Assembly: GCA_043747615.1 (NCBI GenBank)
Contig: JAYTOU010000076.1
Location: 16,737-80,736 of the forward strand
DNA from: Myxococcales bacterium
Lineage (GTDB): Bacteria > Myxococcota_A > Polyangia > Polyangiales > Polyangiaceae
Reading direction: 5' to 3'
DNA length: 64,000 bases
Below are positions 53,743 through 63,398 of the stretch, piece by piece. The first letter of the stretch is position 1, and each line of letters starts with the position of its first letter. Made by a program: the position numbers and the translations under genes. Under the pieces are notes generated by a model. It saw nothing but the letters and a program-made list of their open reading frames with translations, was not told where the DNA came from and searched no databases.

Positions 53743-56259
53743 ATGGGTCTCCTCGAACAGCTCTTTCCCGCCGAAAACTACTCCCTCATCGCGCTCATTC
53801 TCGGAATGCCTCTTTTGGGCGCATTCGTAAACGGCATCTGGGGCGAGCGCCTCGGAAAACCGGCGGTGCGCTTCATGGCCCTCAGCGCCGTGGGCATCAG
53901 CTTTCTCGCCGCCCTCGTGGCCTTCATGTCCCTCGATCACCTCGTCGAGAAAGAGAACCACGAGCACGCCAAGCTCGCCTGGACGGCCTGGGAGTGGATG
54001 CACACCAACGGTGGGCGGGCTGCGGGCAACGTCTCCATCGAGCTTCGTTTCAGCATCGACGCCCTGAGCGGCGTGATGATGCTGGTGGTGACGGGCGTCG
54101 GCTTCCTCATCCACCTTTATTCAACTGCATATATGGAGAAGGACAAGGCGTATTGGCGATTCTTCGCCTACATGAACCTTTTCATCTTCTCGATGTTGAT
54201 TCTGATTCTCGGGGACAACCTTCCTGTCCTCTTTGTCGGGTGGGAAGGCGTCGGGCTCTGCTCCTACCTGCTCATCGGATTCTGGTACGACAAGATGCCT
54301 AACGCCGAAGCCGGCAAGAAGGCGTTCATCGCCAACCGCATCGGCGACTTCGGTCTGATCTGCGGGATGTTCCTGCTCGTCCATTACACGGGGGCCCTCG
54401 ATTGGTCGGGCATCGCGCGCGGCGCAAACGTCCTCGCGGACAGCCCCGCAGAGGCGTACCGCATTCACGTGTGGCCGATCGGCGGCGGCACCTACCAGGG
54501 GATTTTCCACATTCTCCAGCCGACGCGCCCGGTGACGATCAGCGCCGCCACGGCGGTCGGCCTCGTCCTGTTGCTCGGCTGTACGGGCAAGAGCGCGCAG
54601 TTTCCGCTCTACGTGTGGCTCCCCGACGCAATGGCCGGCCCCACGCCGGTGAGCGCGCTCATCCACGCAGCCACGATGGTCACTGCCGGCGTTTATTTGA
54701 TCTGCCGACTGTCGTTCGTATTCGTCCTTTCGCCGTTCGTGATGATGGTGATTGCCATCGTCGGTATCTCGACGGCGCTCTTGGCGGCAAGCATTGCGCT
54801 CGTCCAAAACGACATCAAGAAAGTGCTCGCCTACAGCACGATAAGCCAGCTCGGCTTCATGTTCCTCGGCGTCGGCGTCGGGGCTTTCACGGCCGGATTC
54901 TTCCACGTCTTCACCCACGCCTTCTTCAAGGCCTGCTTGTTCCTCGGAGCGGGTAGCGTCATCCACGCAATGCACGCCCGCATCCACGACGACGTGAAGT
55001 CGCAGGACATGCGGAACATGGGCGGCCTGAAGAAGTATATGCCCATTACGTATTACACGTTTGGAGCGGCGACCTTGGCCATCTCGGGAATGCCACTCTT
55101 GAGTGGCTTCTTCTCGAAAGACGAAATCCTCTATCGCGCGTTCGTGAACCATTCCGTGAATCCATTCACGGAGCGTTTTTCGGCTCGCCACATGGGCGTC
55201 TATACGCCCCCGGCGATGCTCGGACCCACGCTCTATGTGCTCGGTCTCGTCGCCGCCACGATGACTGCGTTCTACATGTTTCGCTGCTTCTACATGACGT
55301 TCCACGGAGATTTCCGGGGCTGGACGATCGGCCATCCCTCGTCGACTCCACACGCCACCGCGGCAACGGACGACCACGACGACCATCATCACGAGGAAAA
55401 CCTGAAGGACCCGGGGCGGGCTCCGCACGAGTCGCCTTGGCAGATGACGGTCCCTCTGATCATCCTCGCAGCCTTCTCGGTCTTCGCGGGGTGGCTCAAT
55501 CCGGCGCCGATCTTCAAGAAGCTGCCGGTCGAGCACTGGCTCGGGCCGGTCTTCGAAGCGGCTACCAAGATCGCTGTCGTCACTCGGCCCGACGCGGAAG
55601 CACTGGAAATCAAGCTTGCCCTGGGCGGCATTGCTGCCTTCATCCTCGGGTCCGGGCTCGCTTACTGGATGTACATCATCGAGAAGGGCGCGCCCGCCAA
55701 GAAGGCCGCCGAAGCCGCCCCCGGGCTCTACCGGCTCCTCCTCGACAAGTGGAGGATGGACGAGCTCTACGACTACACGGTGGTCTCCGCCGTCGACGCC
55801 CTCGCCGAGTCGGCCGCCGCGTTCGACCAGTGGTTCGTCGACGGAGTCATCGCCAAGCTCCCGAGCCTCCTCGTCGCCGCAGCTGGAACTATCCTCCGCA
55901 CCTTCCAGACCGGCGTCGTCCACGTGTACGCGGCGATCATGGTGCTTGGCCTCGCGCTCATCGGGTGGTTCTTCGTCGCTCCCCACGCCGACGCAATCGT
56001 CCAAGAAAACAGCGGCGGCGACTACACGATCGTGGCCGGCCCCGGCATGGGCTACAAGTACCGCTGGGACGCCGACGGCAACGGCAAGCCGGACGACGAA
56101 AAGTACTCCGAGCAAGGCCAGGTCAAAGTCCACCTGGATGCCGGTAAATCCCAGACGATCGGACTCGAGGTGGTCAACGCCTTCGGCATCAGGGGCACGA
56201 AGCAGATCACCGTGTCGAGGCCTGCGCCGCCCACGGTCATGGAAGTGGGGCAGAACTGA
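53743..56259 (+). CDS. nuoL: NADH-quinone oxidoreductase subunit L with C-terminal PKD-like extension
   Basis: GWEGVGLCSYLLIGFW, NRIGD, GKSAQFPLYVWLPDAMAGPTPVSALIHAATMV, THAFFKA, GFFSKD, plus about 90 extra aa after the last TM. Confidence 0.95.
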   Translation: MGLLEQLFPAENYSLIALILGMPLLGAFVNGIWGERLGKPAVRFMALSAVGISFLAALVAFMSLDHLVEKENHEHAKLAWTAWEWMHTNGGRAAGNVSIELRFSIDALSGVMMLVVTGVGFLIHLYSTAYMEKDKAYWRFFAYMNLFIFSMLILILGDNLPVLFVGWEGVGLCSYLLIGFWYDKMPNAEAGKKAFIANRIGDFGLICGMFLLVHYTGALDWSGIARGANVLADSPAEAYRIHVWPIGGGTYQGIFHILQPTRPVTISAATAVGLVLLLGCTGKSAQFPLYVWLPDAMAGPTPVSALIHAATMVTAGVYLICRLSFVFVLSPFVMMVIAIVGISTALLAASIALVQNDIKKVLAYSTISQLGFMFLGVGVGAFTAGFFHVFTHAFFKACLFLGAGSVIHAMHARIHDDVKSQDMRNMGGLKKYMPITYYTFGAATLAISGMPLLSGFFSKDEILYRAFVNHSVNPFTERFSARHMGVYTPPAMLGPTLYVLGLVAATMTAFYMFRCFYMTFHGDFRGWTIGHPSSTPHATAATDDHDDHHHEENLKDPGRAPHESPWQMTVPLIILAAFSVFAGWLNPAPIFKKLPVEHWLGPVFEAATKIAVVTRPDAEALEIKLALGGIAAFILGSGLAYWMYIIEKGAPAKKAAEAAPGLYRLLLDKWRMDELYDYTVVSAVDALAESAAAFDQWFVDGVIAKLPSLLVAAAGTILRTFQTGVVHVYAAIMVLGLALIGWFFVAPHADAIVQENSGGDYTIVAGPGMGYKYRWDADGNGKPDDEKYSEQGQVKVHLDAGKSQTIGLEVVNAFGIRGTKQITVSRPAPPTVMEVGQN

Positions 56260-58226
56260 TGGCCACCTCAGGAAGCGCCAAGAAACACCTGACGACACCC
56301 GAACATTCACCCGACGACGACGCGGGTGATCGTCCGAAGTGGCTGATCACGGCGGTGGTGTTGGCGTGCCTCGTCGGCGGCGTCATTCTTCTCTTCGAAG
56401 AAGCGCAGACTCTCCTCGGCGGCGTCGCCAGCGTGAGCGTGGTGATGATCCCGGCGGCCATTGCGTGGCTGATGCCGAAGGACAAGCCGTGGCAGATGCG
56501 GCTCCCTCTTGCGGTGATCGCCGGGCTATTGATGCTCTTCGTCTCGCATCTCTGGGCAGGCGCCGCAGACGACGCCGAAGCCGTCCTCCCCGCCGCGGAG
56601 TCCCCGCATCTTCTCTCCTGGCTCATCGGCCTGCCGATGCTCGGGGCAATCGGAATTCTCTTTCTGCCCCGCCAGGCTCCCCGCGTCCTCCAAGGAGTGA
56701 CGCTCACCGTCATGCTCGGCACGCTCGCCATGAGCGTCCCGATGCTGAGCGTTCCTATGGGCCGCTCCTTCCACTTCAACCAAGACGTCATGTGGATCGA
56801 GCGCTTCGGCATTCACTATCACGTGGCCATCGACGGCATCTCGCTGTGGCTGGTGATGCTCACGCTCTTCATCCTTCCGATCGCCGCCTACGCATCATTT
56901 GGCTCGATCACGACACGGGTGAAGGACTGGTGCTTCGCGCTTCTTCTCCTCGAGGCCGGCCTGGTCGGCGCCTTCGTGTCGCTCGATCTCTTCCTCTTCT
57001 ACGTCTTCTTCGAGCTCGTCCTCGTGCCGATGTACGTGATGATCGGCGTGTGGGGCGGAACCAACCGCATCAAAGCGGCCATCAAGTTCTTCCTCTACAC
57101 GATGTTCGGGTCACTCTTGATGCTCGCGGCCATCATCTACCTGGCCTACACGTACTCGAAGCTCACCGGGGGCCAGGCGTCGTTCGACTACTTCGATCTG
57201 CAGCGAGTCCTTCTTCCCCGTCACATCCAGCTTTGGCTCTTCGGGGCGTTTACCCTCGCCTTCGTCATCAAAGTACCGATGTGGCCCGTGCACACCTGGC
57301 TGCCCGACGCGCACACAGAAGCCCCGACCGGCGGCAGCATCATCCTCGCAGCGGTGATGCTCAAGCTCGGCACGTACGGCTACATGCGTTTCTGTCTAGG
57401 CCTCTTTCCGGAAGCATCGGGCGAGCTCGCGGCAAACCTCGCGGGCGTAGCGGTGCTGGGCGGCATTCTCTACGGCGCGCTGTGCGCCTGGAAACAGGAC
57501 GACGTGAAGCGCCTCGTCGCCTATTCGTCCGTCGCCCACCTCGGCTACGTGATGCTCGGGATCTTCGCCGCGACCCCGTCGTCGCTCGAAGGGGCCGTCC
57601 TCCAGAGCGTCAATCACGGTATCTCCACCGGCGCGCTCTTTCTCTTGGTCGGCGTGATCTACGACCGTCGCCACACCCGCATGATCGACGAGTTCGGCGG
57701 TCTCGCGAAGGTGATGCCGGTCTACGCAGCGCTCTTCATCGTCGCCACGCTCGCCAGCATCGGGCTCCCCACCACGAACGGTTTCGTCGGCGAGTTCATG
57801 ATCATCACGGGCACCTTCGTCAGCACCAAGCTCGGTCACTTCAATGGGATCCAAGCGGTCGGCGCGGCCCTCGGCGTAATTTTGGGTGCAATCTACATGC
57901 TCGGCGTGGCGCAGAAAATGTTCTTCGGGCCGATCACGAAGCCCGAGAACGAGCACCTCACCGACATGAATTCTCGCGAGGTGATCGCCGTCGCCCCGCT
58001 GGTCATCATGATCTTCGTGATCGGCCTCTTTCCGAACCTCTTCCTCGCGCAAATAACCGGTGCGACCAGCCGCGTACAAAGTGATCTGCAGGCCCGTATC
58101 GACGCCAATCCTGCCCCTCGTTTCTACGAAGGGCCGCTGAAGCTTCTGCCGCGTCACGTTGAAGCGCCAAAAATCCTTCTCCCTCCGACCGAAGCCACCA
58201 GCGCGCTCGACGCGACGCAGCACTAA
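56259..58226 (+). CDS. nuoM: NADH-quinone oxidoreductase subunit M with N-terminal extension
   Basis: IDGISL, FYVFFE, KVPMWPVHTWLPDAH, LKLGTYG, AYSSVAH, GFVGEF. About 115 extra N-terminal aa. Confidence 0.95.
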   Translation: MATSGSAKKHLTTPEHSPDDDAGDRPKWLITAVVLACLVGGVILLFEEAQTLLGGVASVSVVMIPAAIAWLMPKDKPWQMRLPLAVIAGLLMLFVSHLWAGAADDAEAVLPAAESPHLLSWLIGLPMLGAIGILFLPRQAPRVLQGVTLTVMLGTLAMSVPMLSVPMGRSFHFNQDVMWIERFGIHYHVAIDGISLWLVMLTLFILPIAAYASFGSITTRVKDWCFALLLLEAGLVGAFVSLDLFLFYVFFELVLVPMYVMIGVWGGTNRIKAAIKFFLYTMFGSLLMLAAIIYLAYTYSKLTGGQASFDYFDLQRVLLPRHIQLWLFGAFTLAFVIKVPMWPVHTWLPDAHTEAPTGGSIILAAVMLKLGTYGYMRFCLGLFPEASGELAANLAGVAVLGGILYGALCAWKQDDVKRLVAYSSVAHLGYVMLGIFAATPSSLEGAVLQSVNHGISTGALFLLVGVIYDRRHTRMIDEFGGLAKVMPVYAALFIVATLASIGLPTTNGFVGEFMIITGTFVSTKLGHFNGIQAVGAALGVILGAIYMLGVAQKMFFGPITKPENEHLTDMNSREVIAVAPLVIMIFVIGLFPNLFLAQITGATSRVQSDLQARIDANPAPRFYEGPLKLLPRHVEAPKILLPPTEATSALDATQH

Positions 58227-58239
58227 AGGACCCCCGCTC

Positions 58240-59715
58240 ATGCTGCTCGCGTTTGCTCTGTCCCCGCTCATCATCCTCGCCGTCGGGGCGATGCTGCTCA
58301 TGCTCGCCGAGTCGTTTTCGCCGGCGCGCGGCGGTCTCGCTCTCGGAGCAACCATCGTCTTTATGACCGCAGGCGTCTTCGCCGGCGCGGTTTGGCTGCA
58401 CGGGCTCGAGGGTCTCGAAGCCGCCACCGCGTCGGTTTCGCCGTGGCTCATCATCGACAAGTTTGCCCTCTTCTTCGAGATGCTCCTCTGCCTCGGCGGC
58501 GCGCTTGCTGCTCTCCTCGCCGGGGGATACTTGCCCGAGCATCAAATCGATCGCGGCGAGTTCTACGCGCTTCTTCTTTTCTCGACCTTCGGCGCGATGA
58601 TGCTGGCCTCTGCGGGCGATCTCCTGACGCTTTTTCTGGGGCTCGAGACGATGTCACTCGGCGCCTACGCAATGACGGCGTTTCGTCGGACCTCACCGCG
58701 CTCGGCAGAAGGCGCGCTCAAATATTTTCTCCTCGGCTCATTCGCCGCGGCGATCACCCTCTACGGCTTTGCCCTCCTCTACGGAGTCACCGGGCACACC
58801 GACCTCGTTGGCTTGGGAGCAGCGGTGACCGCAGGGGCGTCGAAGAACCCGATCGTGGTCGTAGCGCTGGTGCTCGTCCTCGTGGGCCTAGCCTTCAAGG
58901 TGAGCGCGGTGCCGTTCCACATGTGGACGCCCGATGCTTACGAGGGGGCGCCTACCCCAGCAACGACGTACATGGCCGTCGTGGTGAAGAGCGGCGCGTT
59001 TGCGATGCTCCTGCGCGTTCTTCTGACGGTGTTCGGAGACGCGCAGTCCATGTCGTGGTCGAGCGGTTGGCCACCCGTGCTCGCAGCCGTGAGCGTGGCC
59101 ACTATGACGGTCGCGAACCTGATCGCCGGACGCCAGGAATCCGTGAAGCGCATGCTCGCTTACTCGAGCGTCGCTCACGCTGGCTACATCCTGGTCGGGG
59201 TGGTGGCGAGCACCAAAGCCGCCGGGAGCGCGAGCGTGCTCTTCTATCTGCTCACGTACACCGTCTCGACGGCGGGCGCGTTCGGAGCACTCATCCTCTG
59301 CGGCCGTCGCGGCGCCGAGGCAGTGAGCTTCGAAGACCTCTCCGGCATCGGCCGCAGGCATCCCGCCGCTGCCTTGCCCTTCGCCCTCTTCCTCCTTTCG
59401 CTCGCCGGGATTCCGCCGACCGCAGGGTTCTTTGGCAAGTGGTTCCTCATTCGCGCCGCGATCGACGGAGGCTTCTACGTCCTCGCGGTCATCGCATTCC
59501 TCAACAGCGTCGTCGGCGTCTATTACTACCTACGCGTCATCGTCTACATGTACATGCGCGAGCCAGCGGCAGGCGCCCCCATCGCGACGCCCATGCGCTC
59601 GGGTTATATCTCGGCGGCGCTTCTCCTCAGCGCCATCCTGGTCATTGCCCTTGGCCTCATCCCGGCGTCTTCGCTCGACGTGGCGATCTCTGCCGCGCTC
59701 AACGTCGCCGGGTAG
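58240..59715 (+). CDS. nuoN: NADH-quinone oxidoreductase subunit N
   Basis: EGALKYF, FKVSAVPFHMWTPDAYEGAPTP, KRMLAYSS, SLAGIPPTAGFFGK, YYYLR. Confidence 0.95.
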   Translation: MLLAFALSPLIILAVGAMLLMLAESFSPARGGLALGATIVFMTAGVFAGAVWLHGLEGLEAATASVSPWLIIDKFALFFEMLLCLGGALAALLAGGYLPEHQIDRGEFYALLLFSTFGAMMLASAGDLLTLFLGLETMSLGAYAMTAFRRTSPRSAEGALKYFLLGSFAAAITLYGFALLYGVTGHTDLVGLGAAVTAGASKNPIVVVALVLVLVGLAFKVSAVPFHMWTPDAYEGAPTPATTYMAVVVKSGAFAMLLRVLLTVFGDAQSMSWSSGWPPVLAAVSVATMTVANLIAGRQESVKRMLAYSSVAHAGYILVGVVASTKAAGSASVLFYLLTYTVSTAGAFGALILCGRRGAEAVSFEDLSGIGRRHPAAALPFALFLLSLAGIPPTAGFFGKWFLIRAAIDGGFYVLAVIAFLNSVVGVYYYLRVIVYMYMREPAAGAPIATPMRSGYISAALLLSAILVIALGLIPASSLDVAISAALNVAG

Positions 59716-59759
59716 CCTACCGCAGGGGACGGCCCCGATCTTGTAAGGTCATTTTGAAC

Positions 59760-60674
59760 GTGCGAACTACCCGCTTATTCACTTTCATCATTCCTGCTTT
59801 GGGCCTTGTTTCAGGCTGCAAAAATGGGACGCCTGCGCCCAGCGCGATCGAAGACGCAGCAACTCCGGTGGCAGCGGCGTCGAGCGGGGTGGCATCTCCC
59901 TACAAGCCAGAGACCGTCGCCTCGGCGATCAACCCGAACTCGTCGCCGACGTACCACGGTGCGACCGGGAGCGTCGAGGGAACGATCACCGTGACCGGCG
60001 ACCCCGCACCGAGCACCGGTTTCGATTTTTCAAAGTGCCCCGATGCCGAGCGCATCTACGGGAAAACCTTTCGCGAAGGGCTGCCGCTGCCCGATGGGAG
60101 CCGTCCCCTCGCCGACGCGCTGGTGGTCATCACCGGGTACGCGGGGTTCGTAATCGAGGAAAAAAGTCCGGTGAAACAATTGACGTTCGAGGGGTGCGCC
60201 TTGAGCGCGCGAACGATCGATCTCACGTTTGGGCAGCAGATCGCAGTGACGAACAAGGACGTGAAGCTCCACGCGCCGCAGATTGACGACAACGTGCTCC
60301 CCGCCTTGATGGTCGCGCCGCCGAATGGAGATCCGGTCTTCGTGTATCCGCGAAAACCCGGTCACGCGCTGCTCAGCGATCAGATGGGCCCCGCGTACGT
60401 AGTTGCCGACGTGTATTCGATCTACCAGCCGCTTCACACCACGAGCGATCTCAGCGGCCACTACCGGGTGGACGGTGTTCCCATCGGCAAGCTCGAGGTC
60501 AATGTCAGACTCAAGACTATCAACAAAGACGTCATCCGGTCGGTAGAGGTCATCGCGGGCGTCGTTCACAAGCTCGACATCGCGCTCGAGTACCACGCCC
60601 CCGTCGTCGATGCCGGCGCCGCGAAAAAAGTTACAGCCCCCGCGGGACCAAAGAGGCCTGAGCCGCCCCACTAG
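59760..60674 (+). CDS. Lipoprotein with carboxypeptidase-regulatory-like / cupredoxin-like beta domains
   Basis: GTG start, lipobox VSGC. GSVEGTITVTG, FEGC...GQQIAVTNKD..LH, SGHYRVDGVPIG. Confidence 0.7.
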   Translation: MRTTRLFTFIIPALGLVSGCKNGTPAPSAIEDAATPVAAASSGVASPYKPETVASAINPNSSPTYHGATGSVEGTITVTGDPAPSTGFDFSKCPDAERIYGKTFREGLPLPDGSRPLADALVVITGYAGFVIEEKSPVKQLTFEGCALSARTIDLTFGQQIAVTNKDVKLHAPQIDDNVLPALMVAPPNGDPVFVYPRKPGHALLSDQMGPAYVVADVYSIYQPLHTTSDLSGHYRVDGVPIGKLEVNVRLKTINKDVIRSVEVIAGVVHKLDIALEYHAPVVDAGAAKKVTAPAGPKRPEPPH

Positions 60675-62277
60675 AGCCGAGGCGCGCGCGAAGATTCGCG
60701 TACATCGCTGCATCGCCGCGTTTTTCTGCCAGCTCCAGGGCGGTCGCGAGGAGAATCGGATCAAGCGGACCGAGCGCCAGGAGCTGGGCGATCGTCCCGT
60801 CGGCCGACTTGCCCTCGGTGAGCGCGATGCGCGCCGCCGCAACCGTCACGAGGGGGTCGCGACCGATCGCCTTCGCGAGATGGCGAAGTAGACCCTTGGT
60901 CTCGGGGGCCTCGGGCGTCTGCCAGGCCAGCGCAAGGAGCGTGTGCCGCGCATCTTGATTCTGACTGCGCGCCGGCAGGCGAACGTGGGTGCGGATTGCC
61001 AGCTCGATCAGGCCGTCGGGCGGAAGCGCCGATGCAGGCAGCGCTCCGCGTGCGGCCAGATCCACGGCCACAGGCACGACGAGCGGATCACCGTCGATGA
61101 ACGGAGCGCATACCAACGCATCGGAAACCGTGCGGGCGTCGAGCGGCGACATCGATCGCGCGACGAGACGGACGAACGGGAGGAGCGCCGACGCCGTGAT
61201 CTCGAAGGGAGCCGTAGCCGAGGAATGATCGGCATTCGACGCCTTGAATGCGCGTGCGAGCGCGGCGTAGTCGCGGAGATCGTAGGCCGCAACGGCGAGG
61301 ACGAGGCGCGCGCCCACGCTGCCGGGATCTCCCGCCGCGAGCGGAGCCACGATCTCCTGCGCCATCGAGGGCATGTCGAGTAGCAGAGCGCGCCCGCCTA
61401 CTTCGTCGAGGGCGAGATGCGCGGTCGTCGCCCGACGTCGCACGTGACCAACGTTGCCCGCGAGGATCGCCTCGTCGACCGCCAGACGTGCGACGAGCGG
61501 AACCGCGGCCGGCGGCGTTCCCAGCCCACCTGATGAGCGATCGCCAATTCCGGAGACATCGACGAGCGCCGCCGCCAACATTCGGGCAGCAGGAAGCTCC
61601 CCTTCTCCGGCAAGCAGCTTCACTTCGTCTGCGAGCCCTGCCCGACGTGCCGGTGCGTGACGCGCGACCTCGCTGTATGCGCGCGCCCTGAGGATCGCGT
61701 CTCCGTGCCCCTTGGCCCACGAGGCGAGCGCGTCCCACGCCACGGCGCTCGACGCCTGGGCGAGCGTCAGTCCGATCAGACGATTGCGAGCCGGCTCCGA
61801 CGTGCCGGGATGCTTCTCTTCGAGGAGCGCGAGCTGCACCTGCGGCTCGACGGCCTTCGGTTCGTCGTCGGCTGCACGGAGCGCGCCTCTCTCGACGCTC
61901 ACTCGATCTTCACCGCGAGCGAGCTCACACATCGCGCGCGCCGACCACGCCGGCGCATAATCGGCATCGAGCGAGAGCGCTTTCGCTGCCGCCCAGCGCG
62001 CCCCCGAATCGCGTGGATTGATCGCACAGCGCACGCTCGCGATCCGAGTCCACACCTCGGGATTCTCGTTGTCGAGCTTGCCGGCCTCGTCGTAAGCCAC
62101 GAGCGCTCTCGGGTAGTCCTGCGCCGCCTCGGCGATGGCGCCGCGCAGGAAGGAAGCATAAGCCTGCGGCTCGATCACTTCGCCGAGCATGATCTGACCA
62201 TCGACCACGCGGGTGACCTGGTACTTGGCGCACGCCACGGGCGCGAGGAGCGCAGCGATCAGGGCTAGACGGCGCAT
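60631..62277 (-). CDS. TPR-containing lipoprotein
   Basis: MRRLALIAALLAPVAC lipobox; TPRs (AYASFLRG...ALVAYDEAGKLD). Confidence 0.7.
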   Translation of the reverse strand: MRRLALIAALLAPVACAKYQVTRVVDGQIMLGEVIEPQAYASFLRGAIAEAAQDYPRALVAYDEAGKLDNENPEVWTRIASVRCAINPRDSGARWAAAKALSLDADYAPAWSARAMCELARGEDRVSVERGALRAADDEPKAVEPQVQLALLEEKHPGTSEPARNRLIGLTLAQASSAVAWDALASWAKGHGDAILRARAYSEVARHAPARRAGLADEVKLLAGEGELPAARMLAAALVDVSGIGDRSSGGLGTPPAAVPLVARLAVDEAILAGNVGHVRRRATTAHLALDEVGGRALLLDMPSMAQEIVAPLAAGDPGSVGARLVLAVAAYDLRDYAALARAFKASNADHSSATAPFEITASALLPFVRLVARSMSPLDARTVSDALVCAPFIDGDPLVVPVAVDLAARGALPASALPPDGLIELAIRTHVRLPARSQNQDARHTLLALAWQTPEAPETKGLLRHLAKAIGRDPLVTVAAARIALTEGKSADGTIAQLLALGPLDPILLATALELAEKRGDAAMYANLRARLGSSGAAQASLVPRGL

Positions 62278-63392
62278 GCGCGAAGCCCGTCGAGCAACCG
62301 ATCGTTCTCGCGCGGGAGCCCAATGGTCACTCGCAGCTGGCGAACCATCCGTCCGCCGACCCCGTGAAAGCTGCGCACGAGGATCCCGCGCTTCACGAGG
62401 GCTTCGAACGTCTCTTCGGCCGGATGCACCGTCTTGATCCAGAGAAAATTTGCCTCGCTTGGAGTGACCTCGAACGACCCGAGCGCGCGCAGCTCCGAAG
62501 CGACCCGCTCACGCTCGGCGATTACGGCCGTCGTCTGGGCGGCGATCGCGTCCCACGCATGGCGAAGAACGGCAGCCGCCGCGGCCTGACTGGTGGCGCT
62601 CAGGTTGAAGGGTTGGCGCACCTTTTCGATTTCCGCAATCAATCCCGCGTCTGCTTCGATCCAACCGACGCGAAGCGCGGCGAGCCCTATTTTACTGAGG
62701 GTTCGCAAGATCCCGAGGTTTGGAAAGCGAGCGCGCAACGAGCGCACCGAGGAGCTCGAATAATCTACGTACGCTTCGTCGATCACCACGAGCGCGCCTG
62801 CCGCGTGAGCGATCACTTCTTCGAGTCGCGACGCAGTCATCGCGTTTCCCGTCGGGTTGTTCGGGCTTGCGATGAAGACGAGGTTCGGCCGAACGACGTC
62901 GATGGCCCGCTTCATCATGGTGACGTCGAGATCCCAATCTGCATCGAGGGGGACTTCGACCGGCTTCCATCCGTGCCCGCGGGCCGTCGTCCGGTACATC
63001 ACGAACGTGGGAGTCGGGGTGAGAACGACGGGCTGCGGCTGCTTCTCGTGGCAGCGCGCGAGAGCCGTGATGAGGAGAGAGATGATCTCGTCCGAGCCGG
63101 AGCCCAGCATCAGATCACTCTGCGAGGCCCCCGTGCGCGCTGCGATCTCCGTTTTTAGCAGGGTGGCGCTGGCGTCAGGGTATCGCTCGAGCCTCACCTG
63201 AGAAATCGCCTTCAAAACAGCCTCGATGATGACAGGAGACGCGGCAGGTGGAGCCTCGTTCGCGTCGAGGCGCACCTCGATCCCCGGCGGAACGTGAGGC
63301 GCGTACACGGACAGCTCTTCGAGCCCCGGACGCAGGAGACGCTGACGCCAATCAGCGCTCTTTCGTTCAGCCTTCGCTCCTTCGGCACTCAC
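62265..63392 (-). CDS. hisC: Histidinol-phosphate aminotransferase
   Basis: RLDANE, RYPD, GSDEII, PTFVMY, SPNNPTG, IDEAY, RTLSK.GLAALRVG, RVTIG. Confidence 0.93.
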   Translation of the reverse strand: MSAEGAKAERKSADWRQRLLRPGLEELSVYAPHVPPGIEVRLDANEAPPAASPVIIEAVLKAISQVRLERYPDASATLLKTEIAARTGASQSDLMLGSGSDEIISLLITALARCHEKQPQPVVLTPTPTFVMYRTTARGHGWKPVEVPLDADWDLDVTMMKRAIDVVRPNLVFIASPNNPTGNAMTASRLEEVIAHAAGALVVIDEAYVDYSSSSVRSLRARFPNLGILRTLSKIGLAALRVGWIEADAGLIAEIEKVRQPFNLSATSQAAAAAVLRHAWDAIAAQTTAVIAERERVASELRALGSFEVTPSEANFLWIKTVHPAEETFEALVKRGILVRSFHGVGGRMVRQLRVTIGLPRENDRLLDGLRACAV

Positions 63393-63398
63393 GGGAGA

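Noticed and set aside
55333..55400. His/Asp-rich stretch in NuoL (HDDHHHEE)
   Set aside because: His-rich loops at this position are common in NuoL; not novel.
51179..58460. Long minus-strand and alternate-frame ORFs over the nuo genes (546, 729, 581 aa)
   Set aside because: They overlap clearly conserved nuo genes and are shadow ORFs.
58392..59759. N-terminal 456 aa of the 760-aa ORF 58392..60674
   Set aside because: Out-of-frame overlap with nuoN; the real gene starts near GTG 59760 with a lipoprotein signal.
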